Assembly (NCBI GenBank): GCA_964421875.1
Contig: CAYQZD010000005.1
Span: 253 to 64,252, forward strand
From: an uncultured bacterium
Lineage (GTDB): Bacteria > Electryoneota > Tariuqbacteria > Tariuqbacterales > Tariuqbacteraceae
Reading direction: 5' to 3'
DNA length: 64,000 nt
In this document: positions 1 through 10,697 of the stretch, piece after piece
Layout: the number at the start of each line of letters is the position of its first letter
Numbering within the stretch: position 1 is the first letter of the stretch
Notes under the pieces: model-generated
What the model was told of the DNA's origin: nothing
The model's database searches: none
The model's input: the letters and a program-made list of their open reading frames with translations, nothing else
Made by a program: the position numbers and the translations under genes

Positions 1-808
1 TACTCCGAGTCGGATGCGCGCCTCCGACCAGACAGGCGTCAGACCTGTGAAGAAGATTCATCCGCTGAGAAAGCCAATCTCTGAAAGGGTCCGCATCGGA
101 ATCCAGAAAAGCTAAAACTTCTCCCCGAGCCTCCCGCGCGCCGATAGTCCGCTTTATCTCTTCGGAAACCCGGCCCGTGGGTATAATTCTCAGCCCCCGT
201 TGACTGCGGTTGAAGGGGCGGTCGGGAAGAACGATTATTTCGTAGCTGGGGTAATTCAGGTGAAGGCAGCGGTTGAGGCACCTCTCCAGCCGGTAATCCA
301 ATTTCCGGGCGTTGATTATGATAGAAACCATCGGAGGCTCAAGCTCCGTTCCTTCCAGATATCCGTAAACTCTACCCATAAGTTCGTCCCCTTTATCGGA
401 AAATTTGAAAGTTCCATTCGCGAAGTCGCATCCCAAACGCCGGCGCAGACGCAGCCTGGAGCGGCAGGCTGAAGACGCGTTCTTCGCCGGAAAATAATTG
501 GGGCTGAGAGACAGCGCCTTCTCAAAACTGAGTAAAGCCCGATCGTATACGCCATTGTGGAAATGAGCCATACCCTCAGCATAGCATTCCCGCAAAGCGC
601 CCTTCTTCAATCGAGCAGCTCGATTGAAAAAATCCATCGCTTCCTCGAAATCCCCCTCCTTCAGGCAAATATAACCCAGATGGAGAGAGGATTCAACCTC
701 GAATTCCCTTATTTCCAGCAGCGGTTCCAGCGCTGCCCTGGCTTCCGACAAACGGTTCTGCTCCGAAAGCAAGGTCGACAGGTTGAATCGAGCCTCCGGC
801 GAATTCCC
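1..808 (-). CDS. Partial CDS: last TPR repeats fused in-frame to a family-2 glycosyltransferase domain (…PPMVSIIINARKLDYRLERCLNRCLHLNYPSYEIIVLPD…AFLDSDADP…); continues beyond the window start
   Basis: Own minus-strand translation (codons ending at positions congruent to 1 mod 3) has no stop from 808 down to 1. GT2 hallmark motifs are present. It is not in the ORF track because no stop lies inside the window. Confidence 0.5.
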
Positions 809-811
809 CTC

Positions 812-1234
812 AATCCCGTGCTTGAAATACATCTTGGCGCGCTCGAACTCCCCGTTCGTAAGGTAAACCATACCCAGACCGTTCCAGCCTTGACCGCATT
901 TCGAATCTATATCAAGAGCCGCGCGGAAGCAGTCCTCAGCACGGTAAAGCTCACCTTTCGCAAGGTGAGTCTCCCCCAAACCCAACCAGGCCTCAATGTT
1001 CTTGGGCGAAGCGGTAAGCGCCTCCTTGAAGGCGAATTCTGCCTCCGGATAACGTCCCTGGAGCCAATAAACCAATCCCAGAGCGGCATCCGCTTCGCCC
1101 TGATGATTCTCTATTTCCCGCGCCAGCATCAGGTTTTGTTCCGCCCCCTCCAAATCACCCGATTCAAAGCAAGCCATCCCCTGTGTGAGTGGCGATTTCA
1201 ATGCGCTGTCAACGTTATTTGAGCCGTCAGTCAT
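812..1234 (-). CDS. TPR-repeat protein, N-terminal part; same frame as the 1..808 CDS but separated by TGA at 811-809, which appears to result from two compensating 1-nt indels (about 838 and 780)
   Basis: ATG at 1234-1232. Translation reads MTDGSNNVDSALKSPLTQGMACFESGDLEGAEQNLMLAREIENHQGEADAALGLVYWLQGRYPEAEFAFKEALTASPKNIEAWLGLGETHLAKGELYRAEDCFRAALDIDSKCGQGWNGLGMVYLTNGEFE…, with perfect 34-aa TPR periodicity. It is absent from the supplied track. The plus-strand ORF 557..1222 is its antisense shadow. Confidence 0.5.
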
Positions 1235-1734
1235 AGTGCCGATTGGTTCTTTTAATACTATTACATTGATATGGTCTTCCCGGAGTGAACCATCTCACCC
1301 TTCGCACAAATTGTAAAAGCAAAGTTTGTGACAGTTTACGGCGTGATTGTTATTTTATTGATAAATATTGACTAACGGTTGAAACCGGTGGGAGTAATGG
1401 GTAAGTTTATCCTTCAAGTTAGAGGAAAGGGCAATTATTGCCCCGGCGGATTATCCTTGAGGAAAGAATGAAAGTCATTAGTGGTTTTAAAGAATTGATA
1501 ATGAGAAATTCTAAAATTTGTAACACTTTACCTCTCCTGAATTATTCATAACTTACTAAGAATAGACCGGATTAAAAAGATATACAGGATTTTTTAATCA
1601 ACATCAATTTCCGTAAGACTTTAGCTTTATGGTTCATCTCCAAAGTAGTTGCACTGTGATTTAACTTAGAGCAAATTGGACATCTTTCATCCTATTGGTT
1701 TAATAATAGTTGATTGACCAATAATAAACCATAG

Positions 1735-2769
1735 GAGGCGAAAGATGTCCGGGATTTAAATTTCGCCAATATCAAGGTTTGGCTGAGATTCAACTTCCGC
1801 AAACTGCGGTGTCCCGGTTGTGGGGTCAGGCTCGAAGATCTGGAATTTATCGATCCCTACTTCCATGTTACCACCAGGCTGGCGCAATACATCGTTCATA
1901 TCTGCTCCTTTATGACGGTTAAGGATGTAGCCGACCATCTGGGGCTGGACTGGAAAACCGTGAAAGCCATCGACAAGGCTTATCTGAAGGAAGCTTTCTC
2001 TAAGACCGATTACGAAAATCTTCGCATCATTGCCATCGATGAGATTGCTATCCGTAAGAAACACATATACCTGACAGTGGTCATCGATTACGAAACCGGC
2101 CGTATCGTTTGGATGGGAAAGGGGCGTTCCAAAGCGGTATTGGACCGGTTCTTCCGCCACATGCCCCAGTTGGCAAGGCTCCGATTTTTCGCCGTGGCGA
2201 TGGACATGTGGAAACCTTACATCGATTCGGTGACACAATGGTGCCCAAGAACCGCTATCGTGTTCGATGGTTTCCATGTAATTGCAGCCTTCAACCGGGT
2301 CATCGACCAGGTCAGAAACCAGGAATACCGCAAAGTAAAAGGCAAAGACAAACTGATTTTCAAAGGCTTGAAATACCTCCTGACTATGAATAAAGACCGA
2401 TTATCCATCGCCGGCGGAATGAAATTAGCCGTAGCGCTGGACCTGAACCAAAACCTGTCAAAACTGTATGTGTTGAAGGACTATCTTAAGTTTATCTGGA
2501 AATGCCGCCACCAAAACAACGCTAACTGGCTGCTGGATTACTGGTGCGAATTGGCTGAAGAAACTCAACTCGAACCCGTAATCAAATTCGCGGAAAAACT
2601 GAAAAGACACCGTGAAGGAATCATCAATCATTGCCGCTATCCCATCAGCACCGGCAAATTGGAAGGTATCAATAACTCCTTGAAAGTCCTGAAACGCAAA
2701 CACTACGGTTTTCACGACACCGAATACTACATCCTGAAAGCAAAATCCATCTTCAACGGTTGCAACTAA
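1735..2769 (+). mobile_element. ISL3-family transposase gene, 5'-truncated (IS remnant or pseudogene)
   Basis: The frame is open from 1735, upstream of the track ORF 1912..2769. It encodes …FRKLRCPGCGVRLEDLEFIDPYFHVTTRLAQYIVHICSFMTVKDVADHLGLDWKTVKAIDKAYLKEA… (second CxxC of the ISL3 N-terminal zinc finger, then the DDE core). There is no start codon and no first CxxC, because of the stop at 1732-1734. An AT-rich region lies upstream. Confidence 0.75.
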
Positions 2770-2849
2770 AATGGAGATGAACCTGAAATTAAAACCATGA
2801 AACTGCTGCAGGTGAAGTAGGTCTCGAGTCTGAAATCTCAAGTTTTTAC

Positions 2850-2876
2850 AGCCCCTGATTCCGGGGGCTTTTTTTA
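2850..2876 (+). terminator. Rho-independent terminator downstream of the transposase remnant
   Basis: agcccc-tgattcc-ggggct hairpin followed by tttttttt. Confidence 0.6.
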
Positions 2877-3071
2877 TAGTTCAGACGGATGATTTATGGC
2901 ATTTCTGAATATAAAATCACTGAAATATTTGCAAATCGCAAAAAATTTATTATATTTAATTAATTTGTAGTTCTCCCTCTCGAATGGGGAAAGAGAGAGG
3001 TATGTTTTCTTATATAGCATTTTAACTATACATATCATAAAATCATATTAATTAACGGGAAGGAGTCGACT

Positions 3072-5042
3072 GTGCTGCCCGGAGTAAAGAAGTATCCCCA
3101 CATTTTCCAGCCGGGAAAAATGGGCAAAATGGAGACCAAGAACCGCATCAAGTACGCCTCGACCGAGACCAATTTCAACACCCGCGACGGCTTCGTCACC
3201 GACCGCGAAGTAGCTTATATGCGCGCTCAAGCCAAGGGTGGCGCCGGAATCGTCACCACTCAAGGGGCTTATACCGACCCCTCAGGCGAAGGCAAAGGTT
3301 ATGTCGGTATGATGGGTATCTGGGACGATAAGTATATCCCTGGTTTGAAACGTATCGCGGACGCAATCCACGAATATGACGCCAAAGCCATCCTGCAGCT
3401 TATGCACTGCGGCCGGGTGGGAGGCATCGAACTGGAATACACCATCGGTCCTTCGGAAGTTCCCCAAGCCATACCCCGTTTCCGCCCGCCGCGGGAAATG
3501 ACTCTTGAGGACATCGAACGTAATATCCGGGAGCACATCGAGGGCGCCAGGCGCTGCGTCGAAGCCGGTTACGATGGAGTGGAGATTTCCGGCATCGTCG
3601 GCTACCTCATATCCAATTTTGTCTCCAAATACACCAACAAGCGCACGGATAAATACGGTGGCTCTTTGGAAAACCGCGCACGCTTTATGACGGAGATTGT
3701 CGAAGGCATCCGTACGGAAGTCGGTCCCGATTATCCCATCGTCATCAGACTTTGCGGCGAAGAGCTATTGAACGACCGCGGCGGCAACGCTCCGGAGGAA
3801 TCGCTGGAAGTCATAAAACTGGCGGAAAAGGCGGGCATCGACTGCCTCTCAGTGACCGCCGGATGGCAGGAGTCGGCGGTGTCCGTAATCACCCGCGACT
3901 GCCCGATGGGGAGCTGGCTCTATATCGCGGAGCGGATGAAGAAACACCTGAAGTGCACGATTGCGATGGCTTACCGGCTCTTCCTGCCGGAATTCCCCGA
4001 AGCGGCGATGAAGAGCGGGCACCTCGACTACTGGGAAATGTGCCGTCCCATGATTGCCGACCCTAATCTGCCGCTAAAGATAATGGAAGACCGCATCGAG
4101 GACATCATCCCCTGTATGGCTTGCAACCTCTGCCTGGCGCGCCTCTTCCGCGATCAACCGATAACCTGTATGGTCAGGCCCTGGGTGGGGCATGAGGAGG
4201 AGGAGGACTGGCAGGTGAAGTCTGCGCCGACCAGGAAGCGGGTGGTGGTCATTGGCGCGGGACCTTCCGGGATGGAATGCGCCTGGGCGGCTGCGGAGAG
4301 GGGGCACGATGTGACCGTTTTTGAGAAGTCCGGCGAGGTCGGCGGCCAGCTCACCGCTGCGGAACGGGGTCCCGCCGGTGACGAAGAATTCCGCCGCCTT
4401 ATCGACTGGCTGAAGCGCCGCTGCGACCGGGCGAGGGTGAAATTCGTAATGAATCACGAAGTTACCGCCAGGGATTTTTCCGATCCGTTGACCAATCCCG
4501 ACACCATCGTGCTGGCGGCAGGTTCAAGGGTGGAAATCCCGGATATCCCCGGCGCTGAAAAGTATCCCCCTATGTTCGCGCACGGTGTGATGTATGGGGA
4601 TGTAGAGATAGGGGAAAACGTGGTCATCGTCGGCGGTATGGGGCTGGGCATCTCTGTAGCGCAGTTGCTATTGGACAAGCCTTTCCGCGCGGGCGGTCAT
4701 AAGATTACGATGGTGGAAAAAGCCAAGAAAATCGGCCGCGACGTCAATCCATCCTACATTTGGCGCTATGTGAAGAAGTTGAAGCAGGGGAATGTGCTGC
4801 GCTTGACCAAAAGCGCGTTGAAGGAGATAAAGGAAAAATCCGTGATCGTGACCACACCCGAAGGCGAGCAGGAAATTCCCGCCGACACTGTCGTCATCGC
4901 TGGGCCTTTGAAGTCGAACAACGAGCTGGTGGAGGTTTTAGACCTGGCAGCGGGCGAAGTGTTCACTGTGGGCGACGCTATGGCGCCAAGGAGGGCGCAC
5001 AACGCGATGATGGACGGATACCGGGCGGGGTTGAGGATTTGA
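3072..5042 (+). CDS. 2,4-dienoyl-CoA reductase-like flavoprotein (Old Yellow Enzyme TIM-barrel N-domain plus FAD/NAD(P)-binding oxidoreductase C-domain)
   Basis: 656 aa. The N-terminal region has an OYE-like pattern, the C-terminal region has GAGPSGMECA and VVIVGGMGLG Rossmann motifs, and a CxxC…C cluster resembles the FadH 4Fe-4S site. Confidence 0.7.
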   Translation: MLPGVKKYPHIFQPGKMGKMETKNRIKYASTETNFNTRDGFVTDREVAYMRAQAKGGAGIVTTQGAYTDPSGEGKGYVGMMGIWDDKYIPGLKRIADAIHEYDAKAILQLMHCGRVGGIELEYTIGPSEVPQAIPRFRPPREMTLEDIERNIREHIEGARRCVEAGYDGVEISGIVGYLISNFVSKYTNKRTDKYGGSLENRARFMTEIVEGIRTEVGPDYPIVIRLCGEELLNDRGGNAPEESLEVIKLAEKAGIDCLSVTAGWQESAVSVITRDCPMGSWLYIAERMKKHLKCTIAMAYRLFLPEFPEAAMKSGHLDYWEMCRPMIADPNLPLKIMEDRIEDIIPCMACNLCLARLFRDQPITCMVRPWVGHEEEEDWQVKSAPTRKRVVVIGAGPSGMECAWAAAERGHDVTVFEKSGEVGGQLTAAERGPAGDEEFRRLIDWLKRRCDRARVKFVMNHEVTARDFSDPLTNPDTIVLAAGSRVEIPDIPGAEKYPPMFAHGVMYGDVEIGENVVIVGGMGLGISVAQLLLDKPFRAGGHKITMVEKAKKIGRDVNPSYIWRYVKKLKQGNVLRLTKSALKEIKEKSVIVTTPEGEQEIPADTVVIAGPLKSNNELVEVLDLAAGEVFTVGDAMAPRRAHNAMMDGYRAGLRI

Positions 5043-5297
5043 TACGGCTCGCAGAGTTGGTGAATGGTTATTGAATCACGAAATCCGCGAAATAACACTA
5101 AAGAACACGAAAACAGAAGCGGTTAAGATTAACATAGTCATCCTATCTACTTACTCGTATTGGTGATTTTGGTTTGGATAGAATGCTCATCGCGCATTTA
5201 ATCTCTTATGTTTTTGTGTGTTTCCGGAGTTTCGTGTTTTTCGTGATTCAAAAACGTAAAAAAAACATATCTACTTTTCCATAAACACATTTCAAAT

Positions 5298-6941
<1,644 letters not shown>

Positions 6942-6994
6942 CGATAGATATATAATCGAAGAGAATTTGAAATCAGGGATTAGGAGGAAAGAAT

Positions 6995-7216
6995 ATGTTT
7001 ACTTCCTACAGATTGAAAGCCAGTGAATTGGACAGTAAATTCCTTCAGTCGATTAAAAACTTGTTCAAGGGCAAAGAAATCGAAATTACGGTTTCCGAAG
7101 TCGATGAAACCGAATATTTGTTAAGGTCTGAAGAAAACAAAGAGCGGCTGCTTCAGGCTGTCCGGAATGTGAAAGCGGGAAGGAATCTGAAAGAAGTAAA
7201 TCTGGACGATTTATAA
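6995..7216 (+). CDS. yefM: Phd/YefM-family antitoxin
   Basis: 73 aa. The C-terminus ETEYLLRSEENKERLLQAVRNVKAGRNLKEVNLDDL matches YefM ([27 protein letters not shown]). A GGAGG RBS is present. It overlaps the next gene by 1 nt (TAATG). The context is AT-rich. Confidence 0.8.
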   Translation: MFTSYRLKASELDSKFLQSIKNLFKGKEIEITVSEVDETEYLLRSEENKERLLQAVRNVKAGRNLKEVNLDDL

Positions 7217-7472
7217 TGAGGAGAATTGTCTTTGAACTAAACGCTTTTGAAGATTTCTGTTATTGGACTGAAATCGATAAAAGCAAATCCAATAAAATTA
7301 AAGCATTAATTCGCGACATTATAAGGAGCCCGTTCACCGGTTTGGGTAAACCTGAACCTTTGAATATGAACTTCAAGGGTACTGGTCGCGCAGAATCGAT
7401 AATGAACATCGCCTGGTTTATGAGGTGAAAGAAGAGGAAATTATAATAATTTCATGCAGGTATCATTATTAA
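7216..7472 (+). pseudogene. yoeB: YoeB/Txe-family toxin gene with a -1 frameshift near 7380
   Basis: Frame 1 gives [55 protein letters not shown], which stops at 7428. The +1 frame continues [30 protein letters not shown], ending at 7472. Together these equal full-length YoeB. One T is missing in ggt(t)actgg. Confidence 0.8.
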
Positions 7473-7534
7473 TAATAGTCGGTAGCGCTTTCTTTTATAG
7501 TATGAAACATACAACTTAACTTATAGGTAATCTA

Positions 7535-8119
7535 ATGGAATCCCTACCCTTCAAACCTGAAAAAGCCCAGCGCACCGCGGCTATAATCACCTGGTTCATT
7601 TTATTCTTGATACTGTTAATACCGGGAATAATCCTGGCTATGTTAGTCAGATATCCGGGGAATGCGATAATAGCCTGGTGCACCGCGGGCTGGACCGTGT
7701 TTATGCTGATCGTCCTCTGGTATCTGCCGCTGTACTACAAGAATCTCGGATACGCCGTCGAAGAAGAGATTGTTCGCGGCAACCGGGGAGTTTTCTGGAA
7801 AAAGCGGGTCACCGTCCCCTATACCAAGGTCACCAATGTGGACATCACCCAGGGACCTTTGCAGCGGGCGTTGAATGTGGGGCATATCCATATCCAGACC
7901 GCGGGCGCGTCCGGTTCCCAGGGCGGTCCTCCCGAATTGAAGTTAGAAGGAATCCGCGACCTTGAGGGCGTGAAGGACCTGATTATGGAGCGAGTGAAAA
8001 GACATATGCTTAAAAGCGCCGGGGAAGCGAAGATTGCATCGGAAAAACCATCAGATTCGGAGACACTGTCGAACATACTCGAAGAATTGAAGGCTATCAG
8101 GGGGGTATTGAGTAAGTGA
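7535..8119 (+). CDS. Membrane protein with bacterial PH domain (bPH_2/YdbS-YdbT-like, DUF304)
   Basis: Two N-terminal TM helices followed by GVFWKKRVTVPYTKVTNVDITQGPLQRALNVGHIHIQTAGASG, a typical bPH_2 motif. GC content is host-like. Confidence 0.65.
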   Translation: MESLPFKPEKAQRTAAIITWFILFLILLIPGIILAMLVRYPGNAIIAWCTAGWTVFMLIVLWYLPLYYKNLGYAVEEEIVRGNRGVFWKKRVTVPYTKVTNVDITQGPLQRALNVGHIHIQTAGASGSQGGPPELKLEGIRDLEGVKDLIMERVKRHMLKSAGEAKIASEKPSDSETLSNILEELKAIRGVLSK

Positions 8120-8384
8120 ACGCAGATGACACTGATGAAACGTAAGTGCTGCCGCGTCTCCGCACTCGGCAATTTATCAGCGCAATCAGCGAACATCAGT
8201 ATTATAATCAGCGGTTCAGAGAATTCAGAATCGCTGATGTTAGGTGATAAACTCTGATAACGCTGATGGAATGCGAATTGCAGGAAACCACAGATGACGC
8301 AGAAGACACAGAAATAAGAAGTCATGAAAATCATTTGATAATAGTAGTAGTATTAATATCATTCACAATTAAGGGAGTTATTAA

Positions 8385-9332
8385 ATGGAATCAGAATTTG
8401 GACGAATAGAGAATGTTGAGGTTCGTAAACATTTTCAAAATGAAGCCTCTAAATTTACACCTTGGCTGGCAAAGGAGGAAAACATTCAATTGTTAGGAGA
8501 GGCTATTGGGATTGAACTTGAAGTTGAGAATACAGAAGTTGCTGTCGGTCCATATTCGGCGGATATTTTAGCTCGTGATACAGGGACTGGTAAATATATA
8601 GTAATTGAGAATCAGTTAAAAAAGACAGACCATGATCATTTAGGTAAACTCATTACTTATGGAGCAGTTTTAGATGCGGGTATGGTGATTTGGATTGCCA
8701 CGGAATTTACTGAAGAACATCAAAAAGCTTTGGAATGGTTAAATGATAATAGCTCAGAGGATATTGCTTTCATTGGCGTGCAAGTAGAATTATGGAAAGT
8801 TGACGATTCGCGTCCTGCTGTACGATTTAATGTGTTAAGCAAACCTACTGAGATATTAAGACAAGTTTCGAAAGCGAAGGCTGAAAGTGATTTATCGGAA
8901 ATAAAAAAGCTGGAACTTGAATTCTGGACACTATTCAGAGAAAAATTGTTGGCGACAAAAGAACTGCCTTCCGTGCAATCAGCGAGACCGCAGGCTTGGT
9001 TTGATGTGGCTCTAGGACGTTCCGGGATATTCATTTCAAATAATGTAAATACCTGGGACAATAAAATTACACTTAAGGTCTATATATCACACAAAGTTGC
9101 AGATATATATTTACCAAAACTAATTGAACAGAAAGTTGAAATAGAAGAGGAAATTGGTGAGAGACTGATCTGGAATCCATTTCCAGAAAAATTAGATAAG
9201 ACTATCATATTGTATAAAGATTTTGATTTAAATGATAAAGAAAGATGGACTGAGTGCTTAATATGGATGGTCGATAATACTCTCAAATTCAGAAAAGCTT
9301 TTGCTCCAAGGATAAAAAAAATAGGTAAATAA
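8385..9332 (+). CDS. DUF4268-family PD-(D/E)xK nuclease-like protein
   Basis: 315 aa in an AT-rich region. Motifs: FTPWLAKEENIQLLGEAIGIELEVENTEVAVGPYSADILARD…YIVIENQLKKTDHDHLGKLITYGA…VIWIATEF. Confidence 0.6.
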   Translation: MESEFGRIENVEVRKHFQNEASKFTPWLAKEENIQLLGEAIGIELEVENTEVAVGPYSADILARDTGTGKYIVIENQLKKTDHDHLGKLITYGAVLDAGMVIWIATEFTEEHQKALEWLNDNSSEDIAFIGVQVELWKVDDSRPAVRFNVLSKPTEILRQVSKAKAESDLSEIKKLELEFWTLFREKLLATKELPSVQSARPQAWFDVALGRSGIFISNNVNTWDNKITLKVYISHKVADIYLPKLIEQKVEIEEEIGERLIWNPFPEKLDKTIILYKDFDLNDKERWTECLIWMVDNTLKFRKAFAPRIKKIGK

Positions 9333-9420
9333 CGATTTGATTGTCATTATATTTACTTGCTCAATTATACTTGGATAAAAGACAAATATTATTAGAAAAT
9401 AAACACAATCATTACCTAAT

Positions 9421-9822
9421 ATGCAAAGAAAAATCCGCATACTTATCGCCAAGCCCGGCTTGGACGGGCACGACCGCGGCGCCAAAGTGATGGCCGCCGC
9501 TTTCCGGGACGCCGGTTTCGAAGTCATCTACACCGGCCTGCACCAAACCCCCGAAATGGTGGTCGAAGCCGCCCTGCAGGAGGACGTGGACGCCATCGGT
9601 CTGTCGATTCTCTCCGGGGCGCATATGACCCTGTTCCCCGCGGTGCGCAAACTGATGGACGAAAAGGGACTGGACGACGTCCTGCTCACCGGCGGGGGCA
9701 TCATCCCTGAAGAGGATATGACCGAACTGGAGAACCAGGGCGTCGGCAAACTGTTCGGACCCGGAACCCCCACCGCCCAGTCGATTGGATTCGTGCGCGA
9801 CTGGGTGGAAAAGAGCCGGTAA
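9421..9822 (+). CDS. mcmA2: Methylmalonyl-CoA mutase small subunit (cobalamin-binding domain)
   Basis: 133 aa, [29 protein letters not shown] (DxHxxG B12-binding motif). Confidence 0.85.
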   Translation: MQRKIRILIAKPGLDGHDRGAKVMAAAFRDAGFEVIYTGLHQTPEMVVEAALQEDVDAIGLSILSGAHMTLFPAVRKLMDEKGLDDVLLTGGGIIPEEDMTELENQGVGKLFGPGTPTAQSIGFVRDWVEKSR

Positions 9823-9874
9823 CCGGAACTCAGGATACAGGATTCAGTTCTACCGATGACAGGATTATCTTCTT

Positions 9875-9917
9875 AACTTGCAGACTTGTCAACTTGCTAA
9901 CTTGCCAACTTGTAAAC
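9875..9917 (+). promoter_or_regulatory. Tandem octamer array (A)ACTTGYNA x5 about 20 nt upstream of yebC
   Basis: aacttgcagacttgtcaacttgctaacttgccaacttgtaaac. Similar arrays lie at 26053..26090 (upstream of xseB) and 62787..62845 (upstream of kdsA). Confidence 0.5.
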
Positions 9918-9936
9918 ATTTATATTTGAGGTCGAT

Positions 9937-10683
9937 ATGTCCGGACATTCCAAGTGGGCGACTATTCGGCGGAAGAAGGAAAAAACCGACGCCGCCCGCG
10001 GCCGGATATTCACCCGGCTGATAAAAGAAATCACCGTGGCGGCTCGGATGGGCGGCGGCGACGAAGCCGCCAATCCCCGCCTGCGCACCGCCGTCCTCGA
10101 CGCCAAAGCCGCCAATATGCCTCAGTCCAACATCGACCGCGCGGTCAAGCGCGGCACCGGTGAACTGCCGGGAGTGGTCTATGAAGAGGTGACTTACGAG
10201 GCTTACGCTCCCGGAGGGGTGGCGCTGCTCATCAACACGATGACCGACAACCGGAACCGCACTATCAGCGAAGTCCGCCACATTTTCACCCGCAGAGGGG
10301 GGAATATGGCGGAAGCCGGGTCAGTTTCGTATATGTTCGAGCGTAAAGGGGTGATTTCCATCGATCCCAAGGGCTTGGGTGAGGAGGAAATAATGGAAAT
10401 CGCCCTGGAAACCGGCGCGGAGGACATCAAGGAGGATGAGGCCAATTTCGACATCATCACCACACCCAACGAGTTCGAGGAGGTGAAGAGCGCGGTCGAG
10501 GCCGGTCCCGTGGAAATCCTGTCGGCGGAAATCGCGATGGTTCCTTCTAATTATGTCGAGGTCTCCGGTGAGGATGGTAAAAAGCTCCTAAAACTCCTGG
10601 ACGACCTGGAAAACCACGACGATGTGCAGAACATTTACGGCAATTTCGACCTCGATCCTGCGCTTCTGCAGGAAGAGGAATAG
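9937..10683 (+). CDS. yebC: YebC/PmpR-family transcriptional regulator
   Basis: MSGHSKWATIRRKKEKTDAARGRIFTRLIKEI… is the canonical YebC N-terminus. Confidence 0.9.
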   Translation: MSGHSKWATIRRKKEKTDAARGRIFTRLIKEITVAARMGGGDEAANPRLRTAVLDAKAANMPQSNIDRAVKRGTGELPGVVYEEVTYEAYAPGGVALLINTMTDNRNRTISEVRHIFTRRGGNMAEAGSVSYMFERKGVISIDPKGLGEEEIMEIALETGAEDIKEDEANFDIITTPNEFEEVKSAVEAGPVEILSAEIAMVPSNYVEVSGEDGKKLLKLLDDLENHDDVQNIYGNFDLDPALLQEEE

Positions 10684-10697
10684 CGGGCTGCTATCCG

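Noticed and set aside
557-1222. 221-aa plus-strand ORF in the supplied track
   Set aside because: Translation is low-complexity and lacks motifs. It lies exactly antisense, and codon-phased, to a convincing TPR protein on the minus strand. Judged a shadow ORF of the high-GC gene.
1756-2277. 173-aa minus-strand ORF
   Set aside because: Antisense to the ISL3 transposase gene, which has clear DDE-transposase homology. Spurious.
3048-3263. 71-aa minus-strand ORF at the fadH-like gene start
   Set aside because: Antisense to the well-supported OYE-family gene; no motifs.
9875-9917. Possible CRISPR array (short tandem repeats)
   Set aside because: Units are only 8 nt with no spacers. No repeat-spacer architecture anywhere in the window and no cas genes.
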